A DNA stretch of 64,000 bases from Acidobacteriota bacterium (GTDB lineage Bacteria; Acidobacteriota; UBA6911; RPQK01; DATIPO01). Below, in pieces: positions 1 to 10,000 of the stretch. Each line of letters starts with the position of its first letter. Within the stretch, counting starts at the first letter, position 1. The stretch lies in contig DATIPO010000206.1 in NCBI GenBank assembly GCA_035471925.1, forward strand, positions 28,002 through 92,001. Direction: 5' to 3'. Both the position numbers and the translations under genes were made by a program. The notes under the pieces were generated by a model that ran no database searches, was not told the DNA's origin, and saw only the letters and a list, made by a program, of their open reading frames with translations.

Positions 1-223
1 CAGGGGGGCAACGGCTATTCCGGCCAAAGCAGCAAGGCCCTCCATTTCGGTCTGGGCATCGCGGCCGAGGCCTCGGAAGCCGGGACGTCAGAATCGACTC
101 CCCAAGCCGAACTCACCATCCGCTGGCCCAATGGCGACACCGAAACCCGCCTCCTCCCCATCAACACTTTCAGCACCCTCTCTCAAGCCAAATCCCTCTC
201 CACAGAAGGAGGCGCACCCTGAT
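1..223 (+). CDS. CRTAC1/ASPIC-UnbV family protein, C-terminal fragment (5' end outside window)
   Basis: Frame 1 from nt 1 is open to the TGA at 221-223. Its translation (…ALHFGLG…ELTIRWPNGDTETRLLPINTF…) matches the UnbV/ASPIC C-terminal motif also present in the next gene (RPLHFGLG…VRITWPNGLIQNEPLPET). Confidence 0.5.
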
Positions 224-274
224 GCAGCCATCACTCAAACCGGAAACCATGAGGGCCTGGGGAGGGGAGCAGGT

Positions 275-3200
275 TTGAAGAGAATCATCTTTGCAGCGGC
301 TTCATCGGCCGTCATTCTGTCTCTTGTTGTGCTTTTCGCCGGCTTGGCCTCAGCGGCCCAAGAGGAACAGCTTTCCCGCCAGGAGCGCCTGTGGCAGCAC
401 CGCAACTTGGGCAAGGCCTACTACGAGAACACCGTGACTCAGCCCAAAGCCATCGAGGAATTCGCCAAGGCTTTGGAGCTGGCGCCCGACTCGGCCCGCG
501 AGCGCCTCAACTACGCCCTTGCCCTGCTGCGCAACGGCGAGACCGACGAAGCCGTCCCCCGGCTGATCAAGATTCAGCAAGATCACCCCGAACTGCCTCA
601 CACCTGGTTCAACCTGGGCGTCTACTACAAGCGCGAGGGAGAGTTCGCTGAAGCGCTGCGCCAGTTCGAGGGACACCGCCAGCGGGCTCCGGGCATTGCC
701 GTCACCCACTACAACCTTGGCCTGCTCTATCGTCTGGAAGGCCGACTGGCGGAGGCCCGGGAAAGTTTTCGCCAAGCCATACGGCTCGACCACATGCTGG
801 CGGCTCCTCATTTCCAACTCTCCAACCTTTACCGGGCGGCTGGAGAGCGCGAGGAGGCCTCGCGGCAGATGGAGATTTTCCGCCGCCTCAAGGAAGCCCA
901 AAAGAACGCCCCCATTCCCGAAGACCTGGAGTGGAGCATCCACGCCGAGATCTTCGACCCTGTCGATGCCGCGCCCCCGTCCTCTCCTTCACCCCCGCGT
1001 TGGATGACAGAGAAAATGGGGCAATTGCAAAAAAAACCGGCTATTTCTGAGGTATTTGACCCGCCTGCTGCGTCTAATGATGAAAGCGAAGCGAGTCAGA
1101 ACAAACCCGATGAAAGCGACTCCAGGGGCCGCGCCTCCCCGGCCGGTCCGTTGAGGGAAAGAGAACCATCGGCCCAAGCCGATGCAAACCGCAATGAACA
1201 CGATGAGGCTGGAAGTGCGGCCACGCAACCGCCTGCGGCGGGCGGACTGTCGATGCTGATGAATCAAGAAGGCCAACCCATGCTGCTGGCATGGAATTCC
1301 GATCAGATTCGACTCTATCAGGAGGAGATGGAGCCGCGGGAGATCGCCGGAATGGCCTCGGCGGGTCCCGTCTTCGACATCGCCGTGGGTGATGTCGACG
1401 ATGACGGACGCCAGGATGCGGCGTTGGTGCAGGCTGGGACTGTCCGCCTTCTGATGAACGGGGGCCAGGAATTGCAGGTTCTTGCCGAGCCGCTGGCCCA
1501 AGGCGACTTTCATCGGGCATTGTGGCTCGACTTTGACCACGACTACGATCTAGACCTCTTCCTCTTCGGACGCCAGTCGCGCCTGTTGCGCAACGAGGGC
1601 CAGCGCGGATTTGCCGACCGCAGCCAAAGTTTCCCCTTCCGTCCAGGAGCGGTGGCCGATGCAGTCTTTCACGACCATGTCAAAGACTGGGAAGGGATGG
1701 ACTTGGTGGTCAGCTACGCCGACGGGTCCTCGGCAGTTTACCTGGATCAGCTCGGCGGCAAGTACGTGGCTGAGGATCTGGCCGCTCTTCCCGCCGGGGC
1801 CCGCCGCCTGAGTTCCTTTGACGTGGACAATGACGGCCACAGCGATCTGCTCTTCACGACTTCCGAAGGACTTCATTTGCTGCGCCGCCAAGCCGACGGC
1901 TATGTCCGGACTCATTTGGACGCTCAGGACGCCCCCTACTTGCTGGTCGACGCTTCCAACCGAGGCTGGCCTGATTTGTTCATCGGCGCTTCCTATCGCC
2001 GCAATCTAGGGCGGGGACGCTTCGGCGAGTCCCAGGAACTGCCGCTTGAAGATGTGCAGAGTTGGCTTGCCGGACCGTTGGCCGATGCCTTTTTCCAAGC
2101 CCGCCCGTCCCAATCGGATGCCGCCCAGTCGGATGCCGCGGGCGTCGAGCCGTCCGCTCAGCCGCATGTGCTGGCTCTCAGCGAGGAAGGCGAGTTGACC
2201 CTCCTGACCGACGGGACCGCAGCATCCAACTGGATTCAGGTCGAATTGCGGGGTGAGCGCAACCTGCGGACGGCTCATCACGGCGAAGTCGAAGTCAAGG
2301 CCGGCAGCCTCTATCAGAAGCGCATCTACCGCGGGCGTCCGCTGCATTTCGGACTGGGCCATCAGCCCCGCGTCGACACCGTGCGCATCACTTGGCCCAA
2401 CGGGCTCATCCAGAACGAGCCCTTGCCTGAAACGGAGACCCGTCACTCCTACCGCGAGGCCAAGCAGCTTTCCGGCTCCTGTCCCATGGTCTTTACCTGG
2501 GACGGGGAAGGATTCCGCTTCATCAACGACATTCTGGGCGTGGCTCCGTTGGGCGCTTCGGCGGGCGACGGACGCTATTTCCAGGCCGACCACGACGAGT
2601 ACATCCAGATTCCCGGAGATGCGTTGGTCGAGCGCGGCGGACGCCTGGAAGTCCGCCTTACCGAGGAATTGCGCGAGGTGGCCTACCTCGACCAAGTGCG
2701 CCTCGTGGCCGTCGACCACCCCTCCGACCTCGACATCTACACGAGCGACCGCTTCAAGGCCCCCCCCTTTCCGGAGTTCCGACTCTATGGAGTGGGGACC
2801 GTCCTGCGTCCCCGGGCTGCCCGCCACTTCCTTTCGGAAGCCGGAACCGGAACGCCCGACGGACACCTGGCGGGGCTTGGGCAGGGACAAGACGTCCTGG
2901 CGTCTTTGCTCCATCGTGACGCTGAGGCGGTGACGCCTTGGTTGGACGAGCCGGTTGCCGGTGACCCTCGGGCAGCCGTAGGACCGGGCGCTTCATCTAG
3001 GCTGCGAGCTCCCATGGTGGGAGATGAGTCGCGGGCCATCCGAGATCAGGCCGATCATTTGGCGGTGCGCACAAGAGAACTGCAGGCCGCCGCCCGCAGC
3101 CGCCGCTTGGCCGACCGGGGAATATTGCCGGAGCATGTTCTGGAACTGGATTTCGGTCCTCAACCGGCTCTGGGCCAAGCCCTGCTGGTCATGCACGGCT

Positions 3201-4105
3201 GGCTGGATTGGGCCGACGCCAGCACCTTCGTCCACTCCGACCAAAGCGGACGCACGGCCAGTCCGCCTCGCTTGGAGCTCCTGGGCGCGGACGGACAATG
3301 GCGCGTCCTGGTGGAGGATCTGGGGGCACCGGCGGGCAAGTGGAAGACGATCGCCGTCCCCATCGCCTTGCCGTCCAACGATGGCCACAGCCACGACTCT
3401 CGCCGCCACGGGGTTGCGACCGAGGACTCCAGGCCGGGGACGGCCAGCCCGACCTTGTCCAAAGACGGCCCCTTTCGCCTGCGCATCGTCACCTCATGGG
3501 CGGTGCATTGGGATGAGATCTTCCTCAGCCCCGATGTGGAGGCACCGTCGACAACCGCCTTACATGACGTGCCGCTGGCCAGAGCCGTCCTCGATTACCG
3601 GGGATTCTCCAAGCCCATCGTCGATCCTCAGCGCCGCCAGCCCGACACCTTCGACTATCAGCAGTGGTTGCCTTGGACGCGCTTCAACCAAGCCCGCGGA
3701 CGCTACACGCGCCTGGGACGCGTTGACCGGCTGCTGTCCGAGATCGACGACCGCTTCGTCATCATGGGCGCGGGAGATGAACTGCGCCTCAGTTTCGAGG
3801 CCGGCGCTTTGCCCCAACTCCCCCCGGGGCATAGCCGCCAATACCTGCTCTTCGCCGACGGCTGGGTTAAGGACGGCGATCTCAACACGGCTCATTCGTC
3901 CACTGTCGAACCGCTGCCCTTTCACGGCATGAGCGCCTATCCCTATGGATCCGACGAGCACTATCCGGACACTGAGCTGCATCGCCGCTACCTTCGCGAG
4001 GACTTGACCCGTCCGGCCGTGCGCCAATTCCACTCTCTCACTCCAGACGCCCGGCGGGCGTCTTCGAACCCCCAGAACGACTCTTATGCAGGAGGAAACC
4101 AATGA
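275..4105 (+). CDS. TPR-repeat + FG-GAP/VCBS + ASPIC/UnbV (CRTAC1 family) large secreted/membrane-anchored protein
   Basis: ORF 131..4105. The ATG at 131 lies inside the upstream gene's coding end, so I propose a TTG start at 275 preceded by GGAGG (261-265), 9 nt upstream. N-terminal hydrophobic segment; TPR repeats (WFNLGVYYKREGEFAEA…); FG-GAP-like DxDxDG motifs; UnbV_ASPIC motif. Stop overlaps the ACP start (ATGA at 4102-4105). Confidence 0.7.
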   Translation: MKRIIFAAASSAVILSLVVLFAGLASAAQEEQLSRQERLWQHRNLGKAYYENTVTQPKAIEEFAKALELAPDSARERLNYALALLRNGETDEAVPRLIKIQQDHPELPHTWFNLGVYYKREGEFAEALRQFEGHRQRAPGIAVTHYNLGLLYRLEGRLAEARESFRQAIRLDHMLAAPHFQLSNLYRAAGEREEASRQMEIFRRLKEAQKNAPIPEDLEWSIHAEIFDPVDAAPPSSPSPPRWMTEKMGQLQKKPAISEVFDPPAASNDESEASQNKPDESDSRGRASPAGPLREREPSAQADANRNEHDEAGSAATQPPAAGGLSMLMNQEGQPMLLAWNSDQIRLYQEEMEPREIAGMASAGPVFDIAVGDVDDDGRQDAALVQAGTVRLLMNGGQELQVLAEPLAQGDFHRALWLDFDHDYDLDLFLFGRQSRLLRNEGQRGFADRSQSFPFRPGAVADAVFHDHVKDWEGMDLVVSYADGSSAVYLDQLGGKYVAEDLAALPAGARRLSSFDVDNDGHSDLLFTTSEGLHLLRRQADGYVRTHLDAQDAPYLLVDASNRGWPDLFIGASYRRNLGRGRFGESQELPLEDVQSWLAGPLADAFFQARPSQSDAAQSDAAGVEPSAQPHVLALSEEGELTLLTDGTAASNWIQVELRGERNLRTAHHGEVEVKAGSLYQKRIYRGRPLHFGLGHQPRVDTVRITWPNGLIQNEPLPETETRHSYREAKQLSGSCPMVFTWDGEGFRFINDILGVAPLGASAGDGRYFQADHDEYIQIPGDALVERGGRLEVRLTEELREVAYLDQVRLVAVDHPSDLDIYTSDRFKAPPFPEFRLYGVGTVLRPRAARHFLSEAGTGTPDGHLAGLGQGQDVLASLLHRDAEAVTPWLDEPVAGDPRAAVGPGASSRLRAPMVGDESRAIRDQADHLAVRTRELQAAARSRRLADRGILPEHVLELDFGPQPALGQALLVMHGWLDWADASTFVHSDQSGRTASPPRLELLGADGQWRVLVEDLGAPAGKWKTIAVPIALPSNDGHSHDSRRHGVATEDSRPGTASPTLSKDGPFRLRIVTSWAVHWDEIFLSPDVEAPSTTALHDVPLARAVLDYRGFSKPIVDPQRRQPDTFDYQQWLPWTRFNQARGRYTRLGRVDRLLSEIDDRFVIMGAGDELRLSFEAGALPQLPPGHSRQYLLFADGWVKDGDLNTAHSSTVEPLPFHGMSAYPYGSDEHYPDTELHRRYLREDLTRPAVRQFHSLTPDARRASSNPQNDSYAGGNQ

Positions 4106-4383
4106 CCGCACCATCGACTGAGCCCGAAGCCATTCGTAGCTACATCCGAGACTTGGTGTGCGAACTGATGGAATGTGAACCCGACGAAGTCACCGACAGC
4201 GCAAGCTTTACTGAGGAATTGGAAGTGGACTCGCTGACCGCCATCGAGATGCTGGTTCTGATCGACAAGCACTATGGAATCGACATTCCTGACGAGGAAT
4301 TCCGCGAAGTCGAGAATCTTGACCAATCCGTGGCCTTGGTTCAGAAGTATCTCAGCCAGCCGGTCCAGGAAAAGGCCTCTTAA
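4102..4383 (+). CDS. acpP: acyl carrier protein
   Basis: 93 aa, acidic, phosphopantetheine attachment motif EVDSLTAIEM. Start overlaps the upstream stop (translational coupling). Confidence 0.85.
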   Translation: MTAPSTEPEAIRSYIRDLVCELMECEPDEVTDSASFTEELEVDSLTAIEMLVLIDKHYGIDIPDEEFREVENLDQSVALVQKYLSQPVQEKAS

Positions 4384-4454
4384 AAACACTGCGCGAAAAC
4401 GGCAACCACCCCAAGCCAATCAAAAACTCTCGACCCGCGCACAACGGACTCCAT

Positions 4455-6914
4455 ATGACTGAGAGACGCGTCGTCATTTCCGGCATCGGGCTCCTCACGC
4501 CCCTCGGCATCGGACACGAGAACGTCTGGAAGGCTCTGCTGGAGGGCCTTTGCGGGACGGCCCCGGTGAAGAGCTTCTGTACCGATGACTACCCGGCTCA
4601 TTTGGGCGGTGAGGTCCCCGGCTTTGACCCGTCCCGTTTCTTGCGCCGCCAAAGTCCAGGTCAGATGGGACGTGCTTCCCAGATGGCCGTGGCCGCTGCG
4701 CTGCTCTCGCTGGAAGACGCCGGTTTAGTGAGCGGACCCGTGTTGGAGGAAGAGGCGTCCGGGAAAAACCCTCAGGATTGGGGCGGTGCCATCGACGAGG
4801 TGCCCGCCCGCCGCTGCGGCGTCGTCATGGGGACAACTTCGGGCGAACCGATCATCGTGGAGCGCTACAACGACGCCCGCCACGCCGGCAAGCCGGACGA
4901 TTTCCCGGCCCGCCTCTTCGCCCAATACCCCTGCTCGGCCCTGGCCCACACGGTAGCTGACGAATTCCAGTGGACAGGAGGAGCCCTCACCATCCCCACG
5001 GCCTGCGCGGCGGGGAATTACGCCATCGGCTACGCCCGTGACCTGATCCTCAACGGACGGCTCGACTTGGCTCTGGCCGGAGGCAGCGATGCCTTCTCCC
5101 GTATCCCCTACGCTGGTTTCGGACGCTTGGGCGCCATCGCGCCCGACTTCTGCCGTCCCTTCGATCGCGACCGCCAGGGGATGATCCCGGGCGAAGGCGC
5201 CGCCATGCTGGTGCTGGAAAGCGAATCCTCGGCCCGCCGCCGAGGTGCCCGAATCTACGCGGAAGTCCTGGCCTGCGGGGTGAGCTGCGATGCCCACCAC
5301 ATGACGGCCGGACATCCCGAGGGCAACGGAGCCGTCCGGGCCATTCAGGCTGCCCTGCGTGAGAGCCGCCTCGACCCTGGCGAGATCGACTACATCTGCG
5401 CCCACGGAACCGGGACACCCACCAATGACCGCATCGAGTCGCTGGCCGTCCACCGGGTCTTTGGAGAGCGGGCCCGCCGTCTGCCCATGAGTTCCATCAA
5501 GTCGATGCTGGGACACACCATGGGCGCCGCGTCCGCCATCGAAGCCGCAGCCTGCGCGCTGGCCATCCATACGGGAGACGTCCCGCCCACCATCAACTTC
5601 CAGACTCCAGACCCGGATTGCCAGATCGACTGCATCCCCAACGCCGCCCGCCGCATCCATCCAAAAGTGGTTCTCAATAACGCCTACGCCTTCGGCGGCA
5701 CCAACGCCTCCCTGTGCCTGCGCCAATGGGATGCTCCCGCCGCGGCAGCCCCTCCTTCCCCACAGGCTACGCCCTCGATGGCAGGTCAGCGGGATGGCGT
5801 TGGACGTGATAATGCCTCTCGAGCGGAAGAAAAAGTCGGCTCCAGCACATCTTCTGGGGAAGGTCAGTCGGAGCCCGGCTTGCCCGGAGAGAGTGCATCG
5901 AGCCAGGTCCGTTGGAGCTCGGGTCAAGGCCCTGTGCCGATCGCTGTCACGGGTATGGCGGTCATTACCGAGGACAGCGGCATCGACCCCAAAGCCATTC
6001 TGGGACGCAAAGGGCTGCGCCCGCTCGACCGGGCTGCCCGCCTGCTTGCTTGCGCTGCCAAGCAAGCTCTGGAGGACGCCCACCTCACCGATCTGCTGGC
6101 CCGAGACCCCTCGGCCATCGGCCTCGTCAACGGCACTCTGGTGGGTGGACTGCGAAGCATTGTCGATTTTGACCAGACTATCCTTGAGGACTCGCCTAAG
6201 TTCGTCAATCCCGTGGCCTTCGCCAACACGGTCATCAACGCACCGGCCGGCCAGACCGCAATCAAGCTGGGCCTGCAAGGCCTCAACTCGACGATTACTT
6301 CGGGCCTGACTTCGTCCCTGACCGCCATCGCCTACGCCGCCGACGCTCTTCGCGCCGGACGGGCTCGCGTCCTCTTGGCCGGAGGCGCCGAGGAATCCTC
6401 GCCCTACACGCAGGAAGCCTACAAACGTCTCGGTCTTGGGGAGAGTGGTTCAGGTAGTGAACGGGGCAGCCCTCAGGAGGGCGCTGCTCTCCTGGTCCTC
6501 CAGCCGCTAGATCGGGCACGGCGCCCTCTGGCACTCATTTCCGGCCACGGCCACGCCTGTGGGACCCCCGCCACACCCCCGGCAGCGGTGCTCGAACAGG
6601 CAATCAGCCAAGCCGTGGCTCAGGCTCAAGTGGCGTCCGATGACATCGACCTCATTCTTAACGCCTCTATTAAGGACCGGCGTCTAGCCGATCCCGCCCA
6701 TGCAGCTTTAGAATCCGTCTTCCAGGCACCCTTAAGAAGCCTGCCGGTCCAGAGCCTGGATTCTCAGACCTCCGATGCCTTAGGCGCAACTTCCGCCCAG
6801 GTCGTGGCCCGGGCGATCCGTTTATTCGCGCAGGGCGACTCTCCGTCCCACATCCTCATTCATCACTTGACCTGTGACCGTCAAGCGGCTGCCTTGATCG
6901 TCTCCAGGACATAG
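4455..6914 (+). CDS. fused beta-ketoacyl-ACP synthase / chain-length-factor-like (KS-CLF) didomain protein
   Basis: N-terminal ~420 aa FabF-like KS with catalytic Cys (TACAAGNYAIGYA) and both His motifs (CAHGTGTPTNDRIE; SIKSMLGHTMGAASAIEA). ~90-aa Pro/Ala/Ser-rich linker. C-terminal ~310 aa thiolase-fold KS-like domain lacking the catalytic Cys (NSTITSGLTSS), as in CLF/KS-beta. Confidence 0.8.
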   Translation: MTERRVVISGIGLLTPLGIGHENVWKALLEGLCGTAPVKSFCTDDYPAHLGGEVPGFDPSRFLRRQSPGQMGRASQMAVAAALLSLEDAGLVSGPVLEEEASGKNPQDWGGAIDEVPARRCGVVMGTTSGEPIIVERYNDARHAGKPDDFPARLFAQYPCSALAHTVADEFQWTGGALTIPTACAAGNYAIGYARDLILNGRLDLALAGGSDAFSRIPYAGFGRLGAIAPDFCRPFDRDRQGMIPGEGAAMLVLESESSARRRGARIYAEVLACGVSCDAHHMTAGHPEGNGAVRAIQAALRESRLDPGEIDYICAHGTGTPTNDRIESLAVHRVFGERARRLPMSSIKSMLGHTMGAASAIEAAACALAIHTGDVPPTINFQTPDPDCQIDCIPNAARRIHPKVVLNNAYAFGGTNASLCLRQWDAPAAAAPPSPQATPSMAGQRDGVGRDNASRAEEKVGSSTSSGEGQSEPGLPGESASSQVRWSSGQGPVPIAVTGMAVITEDSGIDPKAILGRKGLRPLDRAARLLACAAKQALEDAHLTDLLARDPSAIGLVNGTLVGGLRSIVDFDQTILEDSPKFVNPVAFANTVINAPAGQTAIKLGLQGLNSTITSGLTSSLTAIAYAADALRAGRARVLLAGGAEESSPYTQEAYKRLGLGESGSGSERGSPQEGAALLVLQPLDRARRPLALISGHGHACGTPATPPAAVLEQAISQAVAQAQVASDDIDLILNASIKDRRLADPAHAALESVFQAPLRSLPVQSLDSQTSDALGATSAQVVARAIRLFAQGDSPSHILIHHLTCDRQAAALIVSRT

Positions 6915-7025
6915 CCCGCCAGACTGTCGTCCATTCCTTGGACGATCACGTGGGATGGGAGATCCTGTTCGGCTCTGGAGGGGCCGAGGTTCAGCAACTT
7001 GAGTCCGGCAATTTGGCAACCGTCC

Positions 7026-10000
7026 TCACTCCTCCAGCAGGGGTTGGGATTCGATGGCGGAGAGGTAGCGCAGGCGGGTGTCGCCGAAGAGGGCGAAGGC
7101 GATGACCGGGGTGTCGGCGGTGACTTCCAGATAGCCTCCCACTTGCTCGAAAGCGGTGCCGAAGAAGGCTGGGGTGTTGAGAAGATCGACGCGGCGTTGA
7201 CCCGCTTGCAGGGAGAAGGTTCGGGACGCCGTGAGGGTGCCGTCGGGGGCGAAAGCGCGCAGGGTAATCGGGGCTGGCGCGTCCTCGTCGTTGAGCAGGG
7301 CCAAGCCGGTGAAGATGTTGAATTCGTCCGATTGGGCCAAGTGGAGGAAGAGGCTGTCACGGCGTCCCTGGGCGATGAGCGGGAGCATGGAGCGGAAGCC
7401 GTTTCCGCCGAATTCGATGGCGCCCAGCACCGGGACCGGCTGAGGATTGGCGGCGCCGACCTGGGCCAGGGTCACTTCCAGGAATCCACTGATGGTTTCT
7501 CCCGCCTCCGGCTGCAGGCCGAGCAGGTCGGAAAGGTCGGCGCTCCGGCGCTGATTGGGCTCAAGGTCAAGTTGCCCTTGTCCCAGCAGTTGGGAGGCGT
7601 CGTCGCGGGCCCGCACCGTGGCTCGGATGGAGGTTGTCCCAGGGTTGACGAGGTGAAGGCGGCTGCCGCCTCCGTTGGCGTCCACGAAGAAGTGGGGCGC
7701 CAGCAAGCGCAAGGTGCTTTCAGCCGTGCGTCCCGCGGCTGACAGGAAGCTGTCGGCGTCGGCGCGGAACTGGAAACCCTTCAAGGGGCGGTCGGAGTGT
7801 ACGGCCATCCAGCCGTTGATGGTGACTTGACCCGGGAAGAGATCCGACAGCGCCGCTTGCAGCGTCCCCTCGGCTGGCAACGTCCGGCTGACCTCATTGA
7901 TCACCTGAGATTGACCTGAAAGCGAGGGTTGGGCGGAGGTTGTGGCGTCGGCGAGAAGGGTGATGCTCACCGAAGCCGGCTGGTCGCCGGGATTGAAAAG
8001 GTGGAGGACGGTATCGGAGTCGGTGGATTCTCGTGCCAAGGGGAAGAGCAGATCATTCGATTCTTCCAGAGAGGCGCCGATGCCGTCGAGGCGGCGCAGT
8101 CCGGAGTCGCCCACCATGAAGAATCCTTGAATGTCCATCCCTTGGCCTTGGGCCTTGATGGAGGTGATTTGGGGAGCATCGAAGACCTCTGATGAGGTCA
8201 AGCTGAGCTGGCGGGCGTTGCCCAGATCCTCATGGCGGGTGGGGACGGCAGGCTGTCCGGTGTCCGTGAGTCCGTCGAAGAGAACTTGGCCGCCCTGTGC
8301 TTCAACGGAACGCACGGCCAGTCCCACGAAGTCGTTGGCGAATCGGTCTGAGGCCGCTGAGAGCGAATAGGGCGCCAGCATCACGAGGGGTGCCGGCTGC
8401 GGTGGCTGGGGAGGCTCAGGCGGACTGGTGCGGCCGTCGACGGCCGGTCCGCCGGGATCGAGGATGACTCCGTTGGCGCTGCGGTCGGCGTCGCCGCGTC
8501 CGCCGTCGCGGAAGTGGAGGACGACTCGGTCGTTGAAGACCTCGGCTCCCGTGTCGCCGTCGAAGAGGAATTCGTACCAGTGAGACGACGGATCCTGGGG
8601 CGTGGGGCCGTACTGGAAATAGGAGTCGGGTTGGGCCGTGGTGGTGTGCATCCACAGCGTCAGGGCCACCGACTGTCCGGGTGCCAGTCCGCTCGCGCTG
8701 AAGCCCAGCAGTCCCGAGGGCAGTTCGACGCCCTCAAGCTCGGGATCGAGGGGCGGAGGCTGCTGGGCCGCTACATCGGACAAGTCGACGCCCGGAGGTG
8801 CCTCCAGCGTCAGCAGGTCGCCTTTGACTGAGCGCAGAGTCGAGACATTGCGCTGATTGCGGTCGGGGGTTCCGTCGCCGTTTCCGTCGCCTTGGTTGGG
8901 AGCCTCGTCCTCGGCCAGGTCGGGGACCCCGTCGAAGTCGCTGTCGCCGCGCACCAAGGTGGTTTCGTCATCGCTGTTGTTGAAGCTGCGGGGGTCGGGA
9001 GTATCGGAAGTGACGCGGGCCGTGTTGCGCAAGGTGCCCTCCTGAGTGGGACGCACCACGACTTCCACAAGGCGCGTTTGGGCGGGCGCCAGATCGCCCA
9101 GGGGGCAGCGCAGTTGGCGTCCGCTCAAGGTGCAGCCCTCGGCCTCCACCAGTTCGACTTGGGCGGGCAAGTCGTCGAAGGCCGTGACGTCCTGGGCGAT
9201 GGATGGGCCCAGGTTGCGGACCTCCAGGGTGTAGACGAGTTCGCGCCCGATGGCAGCGGGGTCACTGAGGTCGCGCTTGACGATGAGCAGGTCTGCTTGG
9301 GCCTCCACCCGGGTGGAGGCGACACGCCTGTTGTTGGCGCTGTTGGGATCGCTGGGATCGGCCTCGACATTGGCTTCGAAACGCAACGTGCCGGTGAAAT
9401 CCTCTGGGGTTTGCCAGTTGACCGTGTAGTTCCGCTGGGAACCTGCGCCCACGGTGCCTAGCGAGCAGTTGAGGGACGAACCCGAAGAACTGCATCCGCC
9501 GGGCGAGACTCCCGCCAGTTGGCCTTGGATCGGCAGGTCGAGCGAGAGCTGCGTGTTGGTGGCGCTTTCAGGTCCGGCGTTGGACACCACCACCGAGTAG
9601 GTGATCACTTCTCCCGGCACAGCCGGGTCAGGCGAGTCGTTGACGGAAACGCCTACGTCGGCTCCGCTGGCCGGGACGAAGGTGGTCTCGCTGTCGCTGT
9701 TGTTTCCGGTTGCCGGGTCGTCGGTGGAGGATGATACCGAGGCGTCGCTGCGCAGCGTACCCGAGGCCGAGGACTCGACGTTGACGTTCACGGTGACACT
9801 CTCTGACTGTCCGGACGTGAAATCTCCCAGCGAGCAGGTCACCCGTCCCACGCTGTGAGAACAGGATCCGGTGCTGGAGGAGGCCGAGACATAATCGGTC
9901 TGGTTGGAGAGGTCGACGGCCAGCGAAACATTCTCAGCGGTGTCGGGGCCGTTGTTGGCCACCTCGAGGCTGTAGGCCAAGGCCGATCCCGCGGTCGCGG

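Noticed and set aside
131-274. ATG at 131 as the start of the large TPR/UnbV gene
   Set aside because: This ATG lies inside the coding end of the upstream UnbV-domain gene (stop at 221-223). The TTG at 275 with a GGAGG RBS is more plausible. Both remain possible if the genes overlap.
4725-6278. 517-aa minus-strand ORF inside the KS-CLF gene
   Set aside because: Antisense to a strongly supported KS gene, with Gly/Arg/Ala-rich composition typical of spurious antisense ORFs in high-GC DNA and no motifs.
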